This document shows, one piece after another, positions 13,062 through 27,619 of a stretch of DNA of 64,000 nt (its first letter is position 1; each line of letters opens with the position of its first letter). A program made the translations under genes and the position numbers. Source of the DNA: the human T2T-CHM13v2.0 reference genome, Homo sapiens. The stretch lies in the NCBI RefSeq assembly GCF_009914755.1, contig NC_060947.1; one strand, written 5' to 3'. The notes beneath the pieces are model-generated. The model searched no databases. It was not told the origin of the DNA and saw nothing but the letters and a program-made list of their open reading frames with translations.

Positions 13062-13424
13062 AACTCATTGAATAATTCACCCCCTGTTGAGCACATAATC
13101 AAGAAATAACTATAAGTATACTCAGTCGAGCAGCCCATGCTGCAGGCCTGCCTGTGGAGTAGCCACTCTATTCCTTTACTTTCTTAAGAAACTTGCTTTC
13201 AGCTTTACTCTATGGACTCACAGTGAATTCTTTGTGAGGCCCAAGAACCCTCTTTCTTAGGGTCTGGATTGGGACCCCTTTCCAGTAACAGCTGGGGAGC
13301 TTTAAGACTGCTCAACCTCACCCCCTCCACCAGACCCCTTTTACGTGGGATGTAGTCTGGTCACGAACATATTTACCTAAAGGCTCGCTGTGTCATTAAA
13401 ACATGCAGACAAGTTTGAGTACCA

Positions 13425-13600
13425 TTCATTGAAGAAATCTTGGCTGCAAATTGAAATAATTGAGAAAGCTTTTAAAAACTCCTCAATGCCCAAGACAGAT
13501 TTCAAACCAATTAATTAAAAATATCTGAGGGTGGGACCCACGCATAGAATTTAAAGCTTTCTAGGTAATTCTGATGGGAAGCTAGGGTTGAGAATCACTG
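13425..13600. mobile_element. MER5-family MITE
   Basis: 'ctaggtaattctgat...gggttgagaatcactg'. Confidence 0.7.
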
Positions 13601-14059
13601 TTTTGGCTTTAGTGCCTTTTCATGCCATTTTCTTTGCACTTAAGATGAGAGGACTATAGAGGACAACCATTTGTTGACCTATTTAACTCATTTTTGACTG
13701 AACACAGTGATTTCTGATTCACGTGGAGTGCTCAAAAAGTATTTAATGTATAACTGTATTTGAAGATCTTACCATATTGAGGGAACAGTAAGTTTACTAT
13801 ATAAATATACTATCCTGAAATCATGACTGATAAAATATCATATATTATATATATACATATGTTTTTACATATCATGTATACAATATGTATTGGTAGATAC
13901 TAATAAAATTAGTTATAAGTTTATGATGTTAACGTAATGCATTTATTCTGCAACTCTAAATTTTACTTATCATACTGCTAAGGATTAAGTGGGGGTGCTC
14001 ATATTTACCTTCCATATTTTCACCCAGCAGTCAGTGATCCTCTACTTTTGTCATTAGTC

Positions 14060-14289
14060 TAGAATTGTAAGATTTAGCAGCAAAAGAAAAAGAAAAGAAA
14101 AGACTCTCAATTATATTTTAATTCTAAATGAACAACAAATAATTATTAGTAGCAAAAGTACGCTCTGTGAAATATTTGGGGCATATTTATACTCAAAAAA
14201 CACAAAATGAAAACTAAAACAAAAGCAACTATTGTTTCTTTGAAATTCAAATGTAACTGGACATACTATATTTTAATCCTGCAACTTGA
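14060..14289. mobile_element. MER53
   Basis: 'agatttagca...aaatatttggggcatatttatact...gaaattcaaatgtaactgg'. Confidence 0.75.
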
Positions 14290-14988
14290 CACTGTTGCCC
14301 ATGCAAGTATCTTTAAACTAAAAAGCAAAAAAGTAAAAATAATGATAAACATTAAATAATGGTTACAATACTGATTAGATGTTCTATTTTTTTCTTTTTC
14401 TCTTATATCCTTAGATGTTATCTTTTAACATTCATCTTGAAGTCTATAATAAAAATAAGAATTTTATTTATGGACTTATATTTTAAATTCCATGTCTAAT
14501 GATTGTATAATCACATCGAGCACAAAGCTTCTAGTTTAGGACACAAAGGTTCCACATTCAAAAAACACACTAAAGAGCAATATGAAAGCATATCAAAGTA
14601 TAAATCTCACAGGCAAAGGTAAATATATTATCAAATAATACAGAACAATATAACATTACAATAGTGGTATGCAAATTATCAATAACCTTAACATAAAAAT
14701 TTTTTAAATATTAAGAATAACTGTAACCACAAAAAATTAGTAATAGATTCACACTTCTTTCAATGTACTTGATACATATATGTTGAAATATAGTTCTTAT
14801 TTTAAAATGCCATTGATATGGGCAAATCAAAAATATAAGCTATTACTTTAATAACTTGCTAAATATAAAGAGGACTTACTAACACATTTGAGAAAAGAGG
14901 TTAGGCAAACCACTTGTTTTTGAAATGTTTCCAATTCCATAAGAGACTACATGAGAATACGGATAGGCTGCCCCAGGATTAACTACAT

Positions 14989-15310
14989 CAGTGTTTGGGT
15001 CTTTGGATTGGCAAAGTCAGTATCACAGGAGAACTTGTTAGAAATGCAAATTCTTAGGTGTCCACCTAGACATACTAAATCGGAAATTCTGACCCAGAAG
15101 AGAGTGCTTTAAAAAGGAGATTCTGTTGTACATTACAGTTTGAAAACAAAGGTTTTAATCCTGCCTCTGTCATCACCAAGCTGAGTAATTCACACAAATC
15201 ACATCCTTATGGAATTTCAAGTCCATCATGTCTAAAAGAAGATAGATGTTATTTATCTTGCAAACAGCATAGAGATGATGAACATGAAAGCACTTTGTAA
15301 ACCTAATATA
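14989..15310. mobile_element. MER5A (to ~15150) followed by MIR
   Basis: 'gaacttgttagaaatgcaaattct'; then 'tgaaagcactttgtaaac'. Confidence 0.7.
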
Positions 15311-15499
15311 CCATGGAAACATGAGCAACCTATTATCTATAGCATGTGGAAATATTTTTAAGTTTTTTAAAACCCGTAATAACATGTATTCAATGTGTGA
15401 TAAAGGAAGTATGCATGTTTGTTCTTATCATTATTTTGGAACATTTTAATTATCAAAGAATAGATAATGAAAGAAAAACATATTCAAGATTAAAATGAC

Positions 15500-15601
15500 C
15501 TTGGGACCTCAGCTGTTGATTCTATTTGCTCAAAGCATCCAATTTAATTGTAACTGTTTTACCCAGGCTATTATTACATATTGCTGTTTCAAATAGAACA
15601 A
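15500..15601 (-). pseudogene. Possible exon relic: VLFETAICNNSLGKTVTIKLDALSK*NQQLRSQ
   Basis: Acceptor ctcattacag, donor AAG|GTCATT, 102 bp, phase 1-1; no motif recognised. Confidence 0.25.
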
Positions 15602-15809
15602 CTGTAATGAGGACTTTTCCTACATGTGAATGTTTAATGGGAGAGCCTACAGAGGAGATCAGGTTTACTGGATTCAAGGACTGACTCTGCTGGTTCCCTC
15701 ACTATGATTTAGGCAATTACCTGCCCCTCTATGTATGCTGAAGGGTTTTACGAATTGAGCTCTGTGAATTTTTTAAGTTCTAAATACTATTATGGGTATA
15801 TTTGAACAT

Positions 15810-15957
15810 CTTTTAAAAACATTTTCATGAAAACAAAGTAGTTGTGCATATTTATGGGGTACATGTGATATTTTGATATAAGCATAAATGTGTAATGATC
15901 AAATCTGGGTAATTGGATATTCATCACTTCAAACATTTATCATTTCATTGTGTTGGA
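15810..15957 (-). mobile_element. L1MA 3' end
   Basis: 'atatttatggggtacatgtgatattttgata'. Confidence 0.8.
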
Positions 15958-16481
15958 CCTCTTCCATTTACAGCACCTCAGAGAAAATTATTCTGTTCCC
16001 ATTCATATTACATTAAACTTTTAAGGATTCTAAGATGATATATCTTTCTTAGAAACTTCAGGGGATTGTTACAGAAAAACAAATCTCTAAATGCATTTAT
16101 ATATCTTTTTTTCATTTTCAGTTTATTCAGATCAAACACTTTATCTGACCAAATTTATAAGACAAAGACTTAGAAAAATGAGCTCTGAGCTTAGCACACT
16201 GCAGCTGTGTCTCTGCTTCCTGAAACTTAATCTCTACTCCATGGACACAAAAGATTCCATTTAGTAAGTGTATTTTATTGCCACTTAGAGGAAAAACTCC
16301 AAAGTATTATTTAGCTCTTAGAGATATGGATGAATGGTTTAAGTAGAAAACCTCAACATCAGAAGTAAACCTTTTGCAATATATACATAATCAAAAATCA
16401 ATATTTTGGGCAAAACATATTGGCTCTGAACATGTAAAGCAATAAGAAAGAAAATATATTAATTAATGCATATGCATATAT

Positions 16482-16549
16482 CCAGAATATTTTATTGACT
16501 AATAGAGAAGTATCCATTTGTTGCTCTAAAACCTTCAAGAGTCCTTGGT
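16482..16549 (-). pseudogene. Possible exon relic: QGLLKVLEQQMDTSLLVNKIFW
   Basis: Acceptor tgtgttttctaaag; phase 1 matches the preceding exon; no clear donor. Confidence 0.3.
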
Positions 16550-16919
16550 CTTTAGAAAACACAATATAATGTTGATATCTATATTTTAACACTTTTAAAG
16601 CACTATCGTAGGAAGGTGCATATAGTAAATTTTCTCATTAGAGAACCATTTTTTTGACCATGCGCTGTAGTTCATTTTAAACTTAAATAGGAATTATTAT
16701 TAGCCTAGGTCTACAGAATGCCATTCAAAGAAATATATATATAAATATATATATACACATACATATATACATCATTATGTAAATGGACTTTCTATATTAT
16801 GTTTTCACTTTTATTTAAGACTTATATCCACATTTTCTTCTAAAAATTATCCTTACTAGACAAACAGGCAATATAGGTTTATTATGTCAACTGTGTGCTT
16901 AGTTCTAGGCTAGGTGCTG

Positions 16920-17270
16920 TATAACATTCTCCTGCGTATGTACACCACATTTTCTTTATTCATTCATTCACTAATGAACTCTTAGGTGGACTTCATATCT
17001 TGGCTGTTGTGAATAGTGCTGCCATAAATATGCAAGTACCGATATCTCTTTGACATACTGATTTCCTTTCTTTTTGATATATACCCAGAAGTGAGACTGC
17101 TGAATCATATGGTAGTCCTATTTTAAGTTTTTTGAGAAATCTCCATATTCTTCTCCATAGAGGTTGTGCCAATTTACCTTCCCACCAACAGTGTATAAAA
17201 GTTCCCTTTTCTCCGCATCCTTGCCAGCATCTGTTACTTTTTGTGTTTTTGATAATAGTCATTCTGGCTT
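16920..17270 (-). mobile_element. L1 (MA/PB-type) fragment
   Basis: ORF 16993-17262 translates as the L1 ORF2 C-terminus. Confidence 0.9.
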
Positions 17271-17554
17271 CTCACAGAAAAAGAATACATTGGCTGATGT
17301 TAGTCAAAAGGCTCCCTATCTGGTTACAATTCCCATTGTAAATTAATATAATTTTTCTATGGTTAAAAAAGTCCATTCAAATATAGAAATTTTAAGTATG
17401 ATTGGCTGTGTTTGTGAAAAACTTTCTCTTAGAGTCTCTAGGCTATGAACAAGTCATTTGGAGCTTTTCCCCAAAATATTACTTTCTACAACTGAAAAAC
17501 CTATGGCCATCATGTGAATTTTTGTTTATTGAGGCCTCATGTCTGTTTTTAGTA

Positions 17555-17790
17555 GATTTTGGTAAAATAAACAGAAGATTTTCCATTTTAACCATTTTTA
17601 GTGTACAATTGAGTGGCATTTTAACTATATGCACAATGATATACAATCACTACCATTATTTATTTCCAAAACTTTTTCATCACCCTAAACAAACTATGTA
17701 ATAATGAAGCAATAACTTACCACTTCTCCCTGCCTCCAGCCTCTGATAACCTCTAATCTACTTCACTTCTGTGAATGTGTCTGTTCTATG
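17555..17790 (-). mobile_element. L1MB 3' end
   Basis: 'ccattttaaccatttttagtgtacaatt...aaactttttcatcaccc'. Confidence 0.8.
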
Positions 17791-18289
17791 TGTGAAATGT
17801 TTTTTGCAGTCATAGTTATCCGAGGATTTTTTTACAGATAAAGATTGAAACAGACTTCTTGATACAGCTCTGAATACTAATTACACATGATTGCTATTCG
17901 CCCAACACTTTCAACTGAATGTGGATATTAATACTATCATGTTACTAGAATAACAAATTCAAACTCAATATAATACAAGAAACAAAGAACAATTAAACAT
18001 ATCAAGTGTAATGGAATAAAGAAAAACGAGGATTTGGAAATTCACATGGAACTAGATTTTACCTGGCTCTGCAATTTACTGGTTGTGTATACACGAGCAA
18101 ATTATTTAACCTCTCTGAATGTCTCTTTCATCGTCTGCATAATGAATGAAGTTGCTGATGACTGTAAAAGAGAAAATAACCAAAGTGATCTTCATGAATC
18201 AATTAGTCTAATAAGTAAGGCAGATAAGTCAGCGATAAGCTTGGTCATCCAAATCTTTCTCAATCAAGTCCAATATTGCATAGCCTTAC

Positions 18290-18535
18290 TTGCCATTCGT
18301 TCTCTTTCAACATGCCCAGAAATTTTAGACCCAGGAGCAGGTGAGATACAGTTTCTGGGAATCCCCTTATTCCATTCTCCCCGTAAAATATATTTCACAC
18401 AAACACTGAGAGTGGGATGCAGGAAAACTGGTGTGTCATTTTATTTTATCTCTGTATTTGTTTTGTGACCTTGTCTAAGTCAACCACTTTCTTCATAAAA
18501 CGACCACACTGTACCACAAGTGTATTCAAATTATC
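18290..18535 (-). pseudogene. Exon relic: DNLNTLVVQCGRFMKKVV ... LHPTLSVCVKYILRGEWNKGIPRNCISPAPGSKISGHVERERMA
   Basis: Long polypyrimidine tract with decayed AG (tatac), donor CAA|GTAAGG. H..L..Y..GxWxxG motif as in NWD1/2 (recalled). Confidence 0.65.
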
Positions 18536-18871
18536 GTATAAAATAACAAAAGAATAAAATGCATTGTGAAAAAAGTTTATTTTGAAGACCAAAATAAGAT
18601 ATATTATGTAACTGATGCAAAAAATCTAGATATATGAAGAGTTTGGTTTATAAAACAAAATTTTAAGAAATTATAACTAGTATATGTTAAAGGGATAAGA
18701 GGAGATAAAGAAGAGTTTTATAAGTTTCCAGTTTATGTTTACATTGCATTTTATTTCATTTTACAAATGTTCTTGTTAATAAGAAAATCGTATCCAGAAA
18801 ACCCCAAAATATCATGGAAGTTGGTAAGATAACTGGTGTTTGTACAATGGCAACAATAGGTAGATTCTGAG

Positions 18872-19059
18872 CAGTGATGTTCTAGAGCCAGCTTGCATAG
18901 TCATGTGAGAACAGACTGTGCAAATCTTTTCCCAATTTCACATGCAGTGACATCATGCAGTTAGCTTGAAATTATTCATGGTGAAGTGTTCACACCAAGG
19001 AAATGGGAAAATTATAGAAATCAGGATTTTTATTTCCAGAGAGACATCAGCACATCATT
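18872..19059. mobile_element. MER63A-like hAT MITE
   Basis: 'cagtgatgttctagagcc...cagtgacatca...agcttgaaat...cagcacatcatt'. Confidence 0.75.
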
Positions 19060-19582
19060 CGTTCTTGACCACAGTTTCTTACACTATGGCTATAGGAAGA
19101 AGAAATGTGGAGATATACATCCTTACTGGGATTGAGACAGTAGGCAAAGTTTTCTTTAATGTGCCTAAAAATAACCAGAGTATTCATTGCAATGAAATTC
19201 CTGATTCAGTAAATCTAGCTTGGGACCTGGGATTATTTGTTTTTTATACTGTCCCCAGTGACACCTATGCTGGCCTAAGTATCACGTGAGTAGCAAGAAG
19301 CTATAGTACATCTAATTAATTTCCATCAGCGGAACAAGGCCCTCTTGGGACGGGGGGCGGGGGCTGCTTTTTTTACTATCAAAATTCTTTAGTTATTGGT
19401 GGTAAAACCAAGCTCTTGAAAACCTCGACATAAATGATTTGTGGTCATTGTTTAGGAGTAGAATAGTACCAAAGCATATTCTATTTCTTCAACAAAATAG
19501 GCAACAATTTATTCTCCCTAAGTAATAAGCTAATTATTCTACTAAAAATTAAAGAGAAATTTTATACTACTGTTCTACTGCC

Positions 19583-20024
19583 TGTTAAGGTCACCCTGAC
19601 CAAACCGTTCCCTTCCCCTCCCACAGACCTTACAGTACAGTCCCTTGCGCTCTCCGCACAGCTACCCCAGGGCAAAAGACAACCCCGCCCCCCTTCCACT
19701 GACCCCTCCAATAACTGTTTGTCCAGACAGTTACAGGATGCAGTTAACACGTCTGCTAACCTCACATAACAAAGCTGGCAAAAAACATCTCCAGGAGGCG
19801 GTCAAGACACCTGCACCCCCGACTCAGCTCCCCAACCCTGACCCAGTCCTCCTGCACCCCCGACTTAGCTCCCCTACCCCGACCCAGTTCTGGCCCTGTA
19901 AAACCCTGCTATTGTCTGTAAGCAGGGCTGCCTCCTCTAACTGTGGTGGAGCAGCCAAGCAGCTCAATAAAGCTTGCTTGCCTGACTTTGGGTCTGCTCA
20001 TCCTTTCTCTCGGCTCACCTTACA
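19583..20024 (+). mobile_element. Solo LTR, ERVL-type (LTR18-like; family tentative)
   Basis: TG...CA ends (tgttaagg / ccttaca), 5-bp TSD ctgcc/ctacc, AATAAA at 19966. Confidence 0.75.
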
Positions 20025-20619
20025 CTACCCACTCTCAAAACTCACCAGTATTATAGAACAAGCAAAGCAGAGTGTGTAGTGTGTTTTACTGTGGGGGTGG
20101 GAAGTGGACGTGTCTTCAAAGCCACAATAAAATGACCACAACCACAATACAAAATTTTTGAGACATGTCTACAAAACACTATGAAACATAAAACAAAATA
20201 AGGCAGAAGACTCAAAAGTACACACTTTATACCTCAAGAAGCATTCAGTTTCTTCAAAATCACTATTACTATGTTTGTATTGAATTCAACAATACTTTTG
20301 AGTAATTAGATTCAGAGGAGTAGGCAGACAACCAGAGAAGGAGAGAATACCTGTGCAGAAACCCAGCTTCGCACTGCAGAGTGGTCTGAGAGATGGCACT
20401 GAAGAAGAAACCATACTAATATAACTTGTTTATCTATTATCTAACCTCATATCCAGCTGGAACTGTCAGAGGTGAAATGTAATAAATGACAGAGGGGAAA
20501 CACTAATCACTACATCACAAAACAGAGACCCTGGAGCTTAACGGATTTACTGTGAATGATCAACAACTTGAATGCCAATAACTGAGAGAAGACATGCTAC
20601 CAGGTGAAAAGGACAGACA

Positions 20620-21412
20620 TTTGTTTTGAAAAGTTGTCCCGGAAAAGAAACACAAATTAAAGATACTGACATCCTCATATCATTATCTTTTCCCAACCCC
20701 CAAATATGGCTGGCGTCATTAAAAGATGAGTAATTATCTCAAAACAGAAAATATTAACTTATCAAAATAAATTAAAAACATTACTTTTAATTAAAAAAAT
20801 AAAGGAGCAAAAGGTCAATTAATAGCACGTATCACAAGAATTCTCCAAGGAGTTAAAAAACAGATAATTATTTCTCCATAGTCTCAAAAAATTACAAAGG
20901 GCATGAGTTAGATGGCATGAAGAAGAGCTACAATAAAACAGAGGTTCAAAACTTAGATTACATGGTGATAGAGGGAGATAAAAGCTAACAGAATTCAGAA
21001 AATAAGTGGAAAAGAGAAAATTAAGCAGTAGAGATACAAGACCATATTAGAAGCAACAAAATTATACATAAGCATTACTGAGAACAGTAAGGCTTGATGG
21101 AAAGGCATGAAGAAATTACACAAAATGAAAGCAAAAGAAGGAAAAGATATTAAAATATTAAAAGTAATACCTGAAACCTAGACAAAAGATGTTCGACTCA
21201 CACAGAACTGCTGTTCCAGAAGAATGAAGCAAAATACATGAAGGTTAAGTCTTTAATATAGGGATAAAAAGATATATTGTATCTCAGAAAAAAATAAAAA
21301 GGTACAGAACATTCAGCATGTGGACGTATCTGGAAAAAGTTGCTGAACTTCAAGGATAAATAAAGATACATGTGGGGAGTCAGGAAGAAAGAACAAGTCA
21401 TTTACAAAGAGG
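20620..21412 (+). mobile_element. HAL1/old L1 ORF1-like element; appears to resume at ~27390-27500
   Basis: 'gttgctgaacttcaaggataaa...aagaacaagtcatttacaaag'. Confidence 0.55.
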
Positions 21413-23644
21413 GTTCTATTCTCTACTTGCCAGGACAGATTAACTGACACTAAGCTTCGTCTCCTGTTCCAAAAGAGAAACAAAATAGAAACAAAAACAG
21501 AAAACTAGAAAACTGTACAAAATATAAGAAATAATTGTTTTCAGACAATGGGCAACAAACAGTTCAGTACTGTGATCCACAAAATAAAGAAAATTAAGGG
21601 GAGCACTAAGACCACTATAGTATACCTGGAGGCATTTCTGGACCACAGAACAGTGGGGGGAGTAAAGAAACTTGTACAGTGGTCTTGCTGAGTTAAGAAA
21701 GCAAGTATTAGAGTTTGGGAAAGATGAAGCATCTAGAAATAATAAAGCAGACAACTACAGAGACAGGAGATATGCAGAAGAACTGCAGATTTCCTCATAG
21801 GAATCCCCTTGAGTTTTTGGTTGAACATTACAGTGTACCTGTGTTGCATGAAACTTTAAGATAATAGATAACAAATTCTGGAGATTGATAAATTTAACAA
21901 CTTCTAGAGTTTACAAAAGACATGAACACTTTTGAATTTCAACCTGCCAGAATGGAGAGATTATGATAAACCCTCACAGCATTAAGTAGAAACCCCAGAA
22001 GGATTGTGCTTTGAATAGGTATAGAATAATCCTAGAGTAAAGTTAACTCCAAGTATAGTGTAAGAAAACCTAAACAGCAATCTCTGACACATCGAGGAAG
22101 TTTTCAAGTATAAATTACTGTCTTAAATAAACACATCAACATCAACACTCCTTTAGGAAGACATCAAAACCCAGACACACAACAATGCAAAATGGCAAAG
22201 TCTAGTATACAAGAACAAGTTTCTACACATGCTAAGAAGCAAAAAAAAAAAAAAAATGACCAGAATAAAAATAAGACAATCCACACAGAAATGAAAAACT
22301 AATGAAAACACCAGGAAAATTGATTAAAACATTTACAAGAAACTATAAGTATTTAGGGAAAAGCACTAATATAACAAGTCAAGAAATATAAGATATTAAT
22401 ATAAACAAAATTGAATTTCTAGAGCCCAATAAATACAATTCTTGAAATGAAAATCTCACAGAATGGACTTAAAACACACTGCAGAAAAAAAAGTAACAAT
22501 ATGGTGGCAACAAAAACTATTGAATCTAAACTACAGATTGAAAAAAATGTTAATACAATGAAAATATCAACAATATATAGAAAAATATGCATTTCTAACA
22601 TATGCATAATTGTAGATCGAGACGAGTTAGAGGCAGAAAATTTATGTAAAGAAGTCAAGGCTAGGATGTTAGCAAAAATAGTAGAATCAGAACCTAGCAA
22701 AATGTTCTTTTCCATAAAATGAGTAAGAAAAGTTCCAAAAAAATAATGTCAGAATAAACATTTCCCAAACTCTGGAAACTAATGAAAACCTTGCAGCAAT
22801 CCGGGGAGCATTTATTAAAGAAACATTTCTGAAACTCTGTAAGACTACTCCTCCATAAAAACAATAGAGACACTGTCCAAAAAAATTGACAAAAAAGCGG
22901 ACAAATTCAATTGTGAATAAATCTGGAAATTAACCAAAGGCTTGCAAAAATCTGAGGAACATTCTTCAAAAAACATAGTATAATATTGGTAAGATAAGCA
23001 GTCTTTAGCATTTCTACTTGCTCTATTCCCACAGCATTTATCTCAACTGTAGGGTAGCCTTGAAAAGATCTCTATGAGAACTAACAGTCTTTGTGGGAAC
23101 CAGCAGTCTTGAGGCCGCAAGAAGGAACTGAATGCGCTGGGAGCTGTAAGAACGCCCTGTTCTCAGATAATTTTTACTATTTGACATGTCTGTCAGCTCC
23201 CTGAATAACTCAATTTTCAGGATATATTCTTATTTGGCCTGTTTTAGAGCTCACTCGGTGCAAATACTAGTAACCTTAAGGTGTTAAAAAATCTATATTA
23301 ATTGTTTGGCATTGCAAGGGGCTGGGCTGTCTATCCAAGTTAGAGCTAACAAAAGACTGACAAAAACAAATAAAAGTAAAAATTGCGTAATGAGGTTCCA
23401 TATGGGGTCACTGAAAAGCTCTAGTATATTACTGGAGATTTCGAAGGCCATGTACATGTGCAGAGCCATGTAAATCCCCAGATGAGACATGAGAAAGGCT
23501 TAGTCTTTTACCTGTGGCTGACACTGAGGTTTTGCATAGGGAGAACTGTCAACACCAGAGCATTGAACACACGCTCCAGTACCCATAGTGACCCCCAAGG
23601 AAGGGGCAGTGAAAATTATTGGTTCATGCCATTTAAAATTTTTG

Positions 23645-23950
23645 CCCAATCATTGGCTCATGCCTGTAATCCCAGCACTTTGGGAGGATGAGGTGGGCGG
23701 ATTGCTTGAGCTCAGGAGTTCGAGATCAGGCTGGGCAGCATGGCAAAACCCCATCTCTACGAAAAAAAAAAAAAAAAAAAAATTAGCCAGGCATGGTGGC
23801 TTGTACCTGTAGTCCCAGGTACTTGGGAGGCTGAGGTGAGAGGATCGCTTGAGCCCAGGAAGTGGAGGTGGCAGTGATCCGAGATCGCACACTGTACTCT
23901 AGCCTGGGCAACAGAGGGAGACCCTGTCTCAAAATAAATAAATAAATAAA
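23645..23950 (+). mobile_element. AluJ
   Basis: 'ggattgcttgagctcagg', 'aggatcgcttgagcccagg'; (TAAA)n tail. Confidence 0.9.
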
Positions 23951-24204
23951 TTTTCTGCACAATCATTAGCTGACCACTAACAATTCAAGCAGAGACTTCA
24001 GTGCCTGGATATGACAAAGCATACTGATTTTATAAAATTAGTCAAGGGCAGTCACTAAACAAACAGCAACAACAAAAACAATAAATAATAACAAACAAAA
24101 ACAAAAGAGGGAAAATACGATTTCGTTTTCACATATTATAATATTTAAATGTCTATGTTTTAAACAAAAATCATGAGACTCACGAAGAAAAAGAAAATAC
24201 AGGC

Positions 24205-24595
<391 letters not shown>

Positions 24596-25083
24596 TTAAA
24601 ATCACCTATTATATAATGTAATTAAATAAAACCAGGGATAAATAATTGAAGTATACAATCAATGTGTCACCAAAGAGAGACTATAAAAAGATAACAATTA
24701 TTTTTACAAATATAGAAATTATGGGCTTCATAACTACAATACCTAAAATAAAAATATACTAGATGGGCACAACAGTAAATTTGAACTGGCAAAATAATAA
24801 ATCAGTGACCTTGAAGATGGATCAATTGCAATTAGCCAGTCTAAGAAACAGAAAAAAATCTGGTGAAAGCATAACATAGTCTCAGAAAGCTCTGAGACAC
24901 CATCAATCATACACATATATGTGTACTGGGAGTGTCAGAAGAGGAGACGAGAAAGAGAGAAAATTAATAAATAATATAGGAAGCATCTGCAAATTAAAGA
25001 AGCTAAAATATGTCTAAGTAGAATAAACCCAAAGAAATCCACAACTAGGCACATCCCAGTCAAACTGATAAAAACCAATAACA

Positions 25084-25640
<557 letters not shown>

Positions 25641-25698
25641 GCCGTGATCAGTATGGAACGCGGTTTTGCAGTTCTTCAAAATGTTGTATATAGAAGTA

Positions 25699-25849
25699 TT
25701 AGGCTGGTGGAAAAGTGGTTGCAGTTTTTGCCATTACTTATAATGGCAAAAAGGTTTAAAGGTTGTATACCTCTGTGTTAACATATTAACAACCACTTTT
25801 GCCATTACTTTTAATGGCAAAAACTACAATTACTTTTGCAAAAGCCTTG
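25699..25849. mobile_element. MADE1 (Hsmar1 MITE) with duplicated core and 44-bp insert
   Basis: TA-flanked; core ttttgccattactt(a/t)taatggcaaaaa occurs twice. Confidence 0.85.
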
Positions 25850-27619
25850 TACTACATGGCCCAGCAATTCTACTCCAAGGCATATAACCAAGATATTTGA
25901 AAATGTGTCTAAACAAAAAGTTTTATTTGAATGTTCATAAAAGTACTAACGATATTAGCCCAAAAGTGGAAAGAATTCACATTTCCATCAACCAATGAAT
26001 GTATTAGTAAGATGTGGTATATTCATACAATGGAATATTATGCAGCCATCAAAAGGAATGAAGTACAGATTCATATCACAACATGAATGAACCCCATGCC
26101 AAGTGAAAAAAGCTAGTCACAAAAAAGAATTTTTTTATTTTATTTATATGATATATTGAAGATAGATAAGTATATATACACAGAAAGTAAATTAGTAAAT
26201 AATGGAGGCTGGAGGAGTTTAGAATGGGGAGTGATTAATAATGGGTATGAAGTTTCTTTTTGGGGGTTTCTTTTTGAGGTGATGAAAATGTTCTGAAATT
26301 AGTGGTGATGTTTGCATACCTTTGTGAACATATTAACAACCAACTTTAAGCTGGTTACTTCTTTGTCACATAAATTACATCTTAATAAGGCTGTTAATTT
26401 TAAAAGCAATAAATGGAAGTGGACAATAGATTTGAACACTTTACCAAAGAAGGTCTAGAGGTGACAAATAAGCATGTGAACCACTTCTCAGAATAGTTTA
26501 TTTTTAGGAAAAAGCAAATTAAAATCACAGTGAGATACCCCTACACACCTATGGAAATTAATAAATTGAAAAGACTGCCAGTATCAAGTTTTGGTGAGAA
26601 TGCATAGCAAGTAGAATGTAGGAGTGCAAACATGGCACAGCATTTTTGGAAAATGGTTTGGTATATTTTTATAAAGCTAAAAATACATTCGCCACATGAT
26701 CTTCCAATTATAATTGTAGGTATTTAGTCAACTGAAATTAAAACGTATGTTCACATAAAGTCATATACGTGCATGTTATTACAGTTATCTGTAATGACCA
26801 CAAACCGTAAAAAATGTGTATCAAGTGGTGAATGGAAAAACACATTGTGATTTGTCTTTATAATGGAATATTACTAAAGAAGGTAGATGCAAGACACTAT
26901 TATTCCATTTATATGACATTCTGGATAATGAATATTAATAGGGATGGAAATTAGATTTGTGTCTGGACATGGAAGGAGGGAATTCTCTGTAAAGGAAAAA
27001 TGGAAAGTTTTCGGTGTAATGGAAATGTCCTGTATTTTGATTTTGGTGATGCTTAAATGACTGTATTAATTTTGAAGATTTATTGAACCACATACTTTAA
27101 AAAGGTGAATTTTCCTGGATGCAAATTTTACCTTCATAAACCTGATCACAAGCAAAAAATAATAATTCACAGTATAAATAAAAATGTTTATATTGAGGTT
27201 TACAAAACATATTGAAGTAAACCAGATGAAAAGAGTCGCACAAAGAAACAGAATCAGAACATAGGAGGATAGAATTGTAAGGGTCTTACATTATATGTGA
27301 AACGGTGTATTATTTAAGGTAGTCTGTAAAGATGCATATTTTAAAATCTTATAGCAACCACTAAAAAGTTAGAAAACAGAGAAAGCATGCAGTTTCCAAA
27401 ATTTTCCACTACATCACACAATGACAGAATATAAGCAATAGCTACAAAGTTCTAGGGAAAGAAAAAGTGATTCAAGAATGTTATACTCAAATTGTAGCCT
27501 AAATATAAAATCTACTGAACAAAGTCTCATAATACACACTTTTAATATTAATATTATCCTTTAATTCCTTTGTCCTATTCTTTTTTTCACCCTTATAGCA
27601 ATGTTACAACCTTTTATTA

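Noticed and set aside
18034-18468. 144-aa plus-strand ORF
   Set aside because: Starts in a MIR at a non-ATG codon and lies antisense to an exon relic; no recognisable protein.
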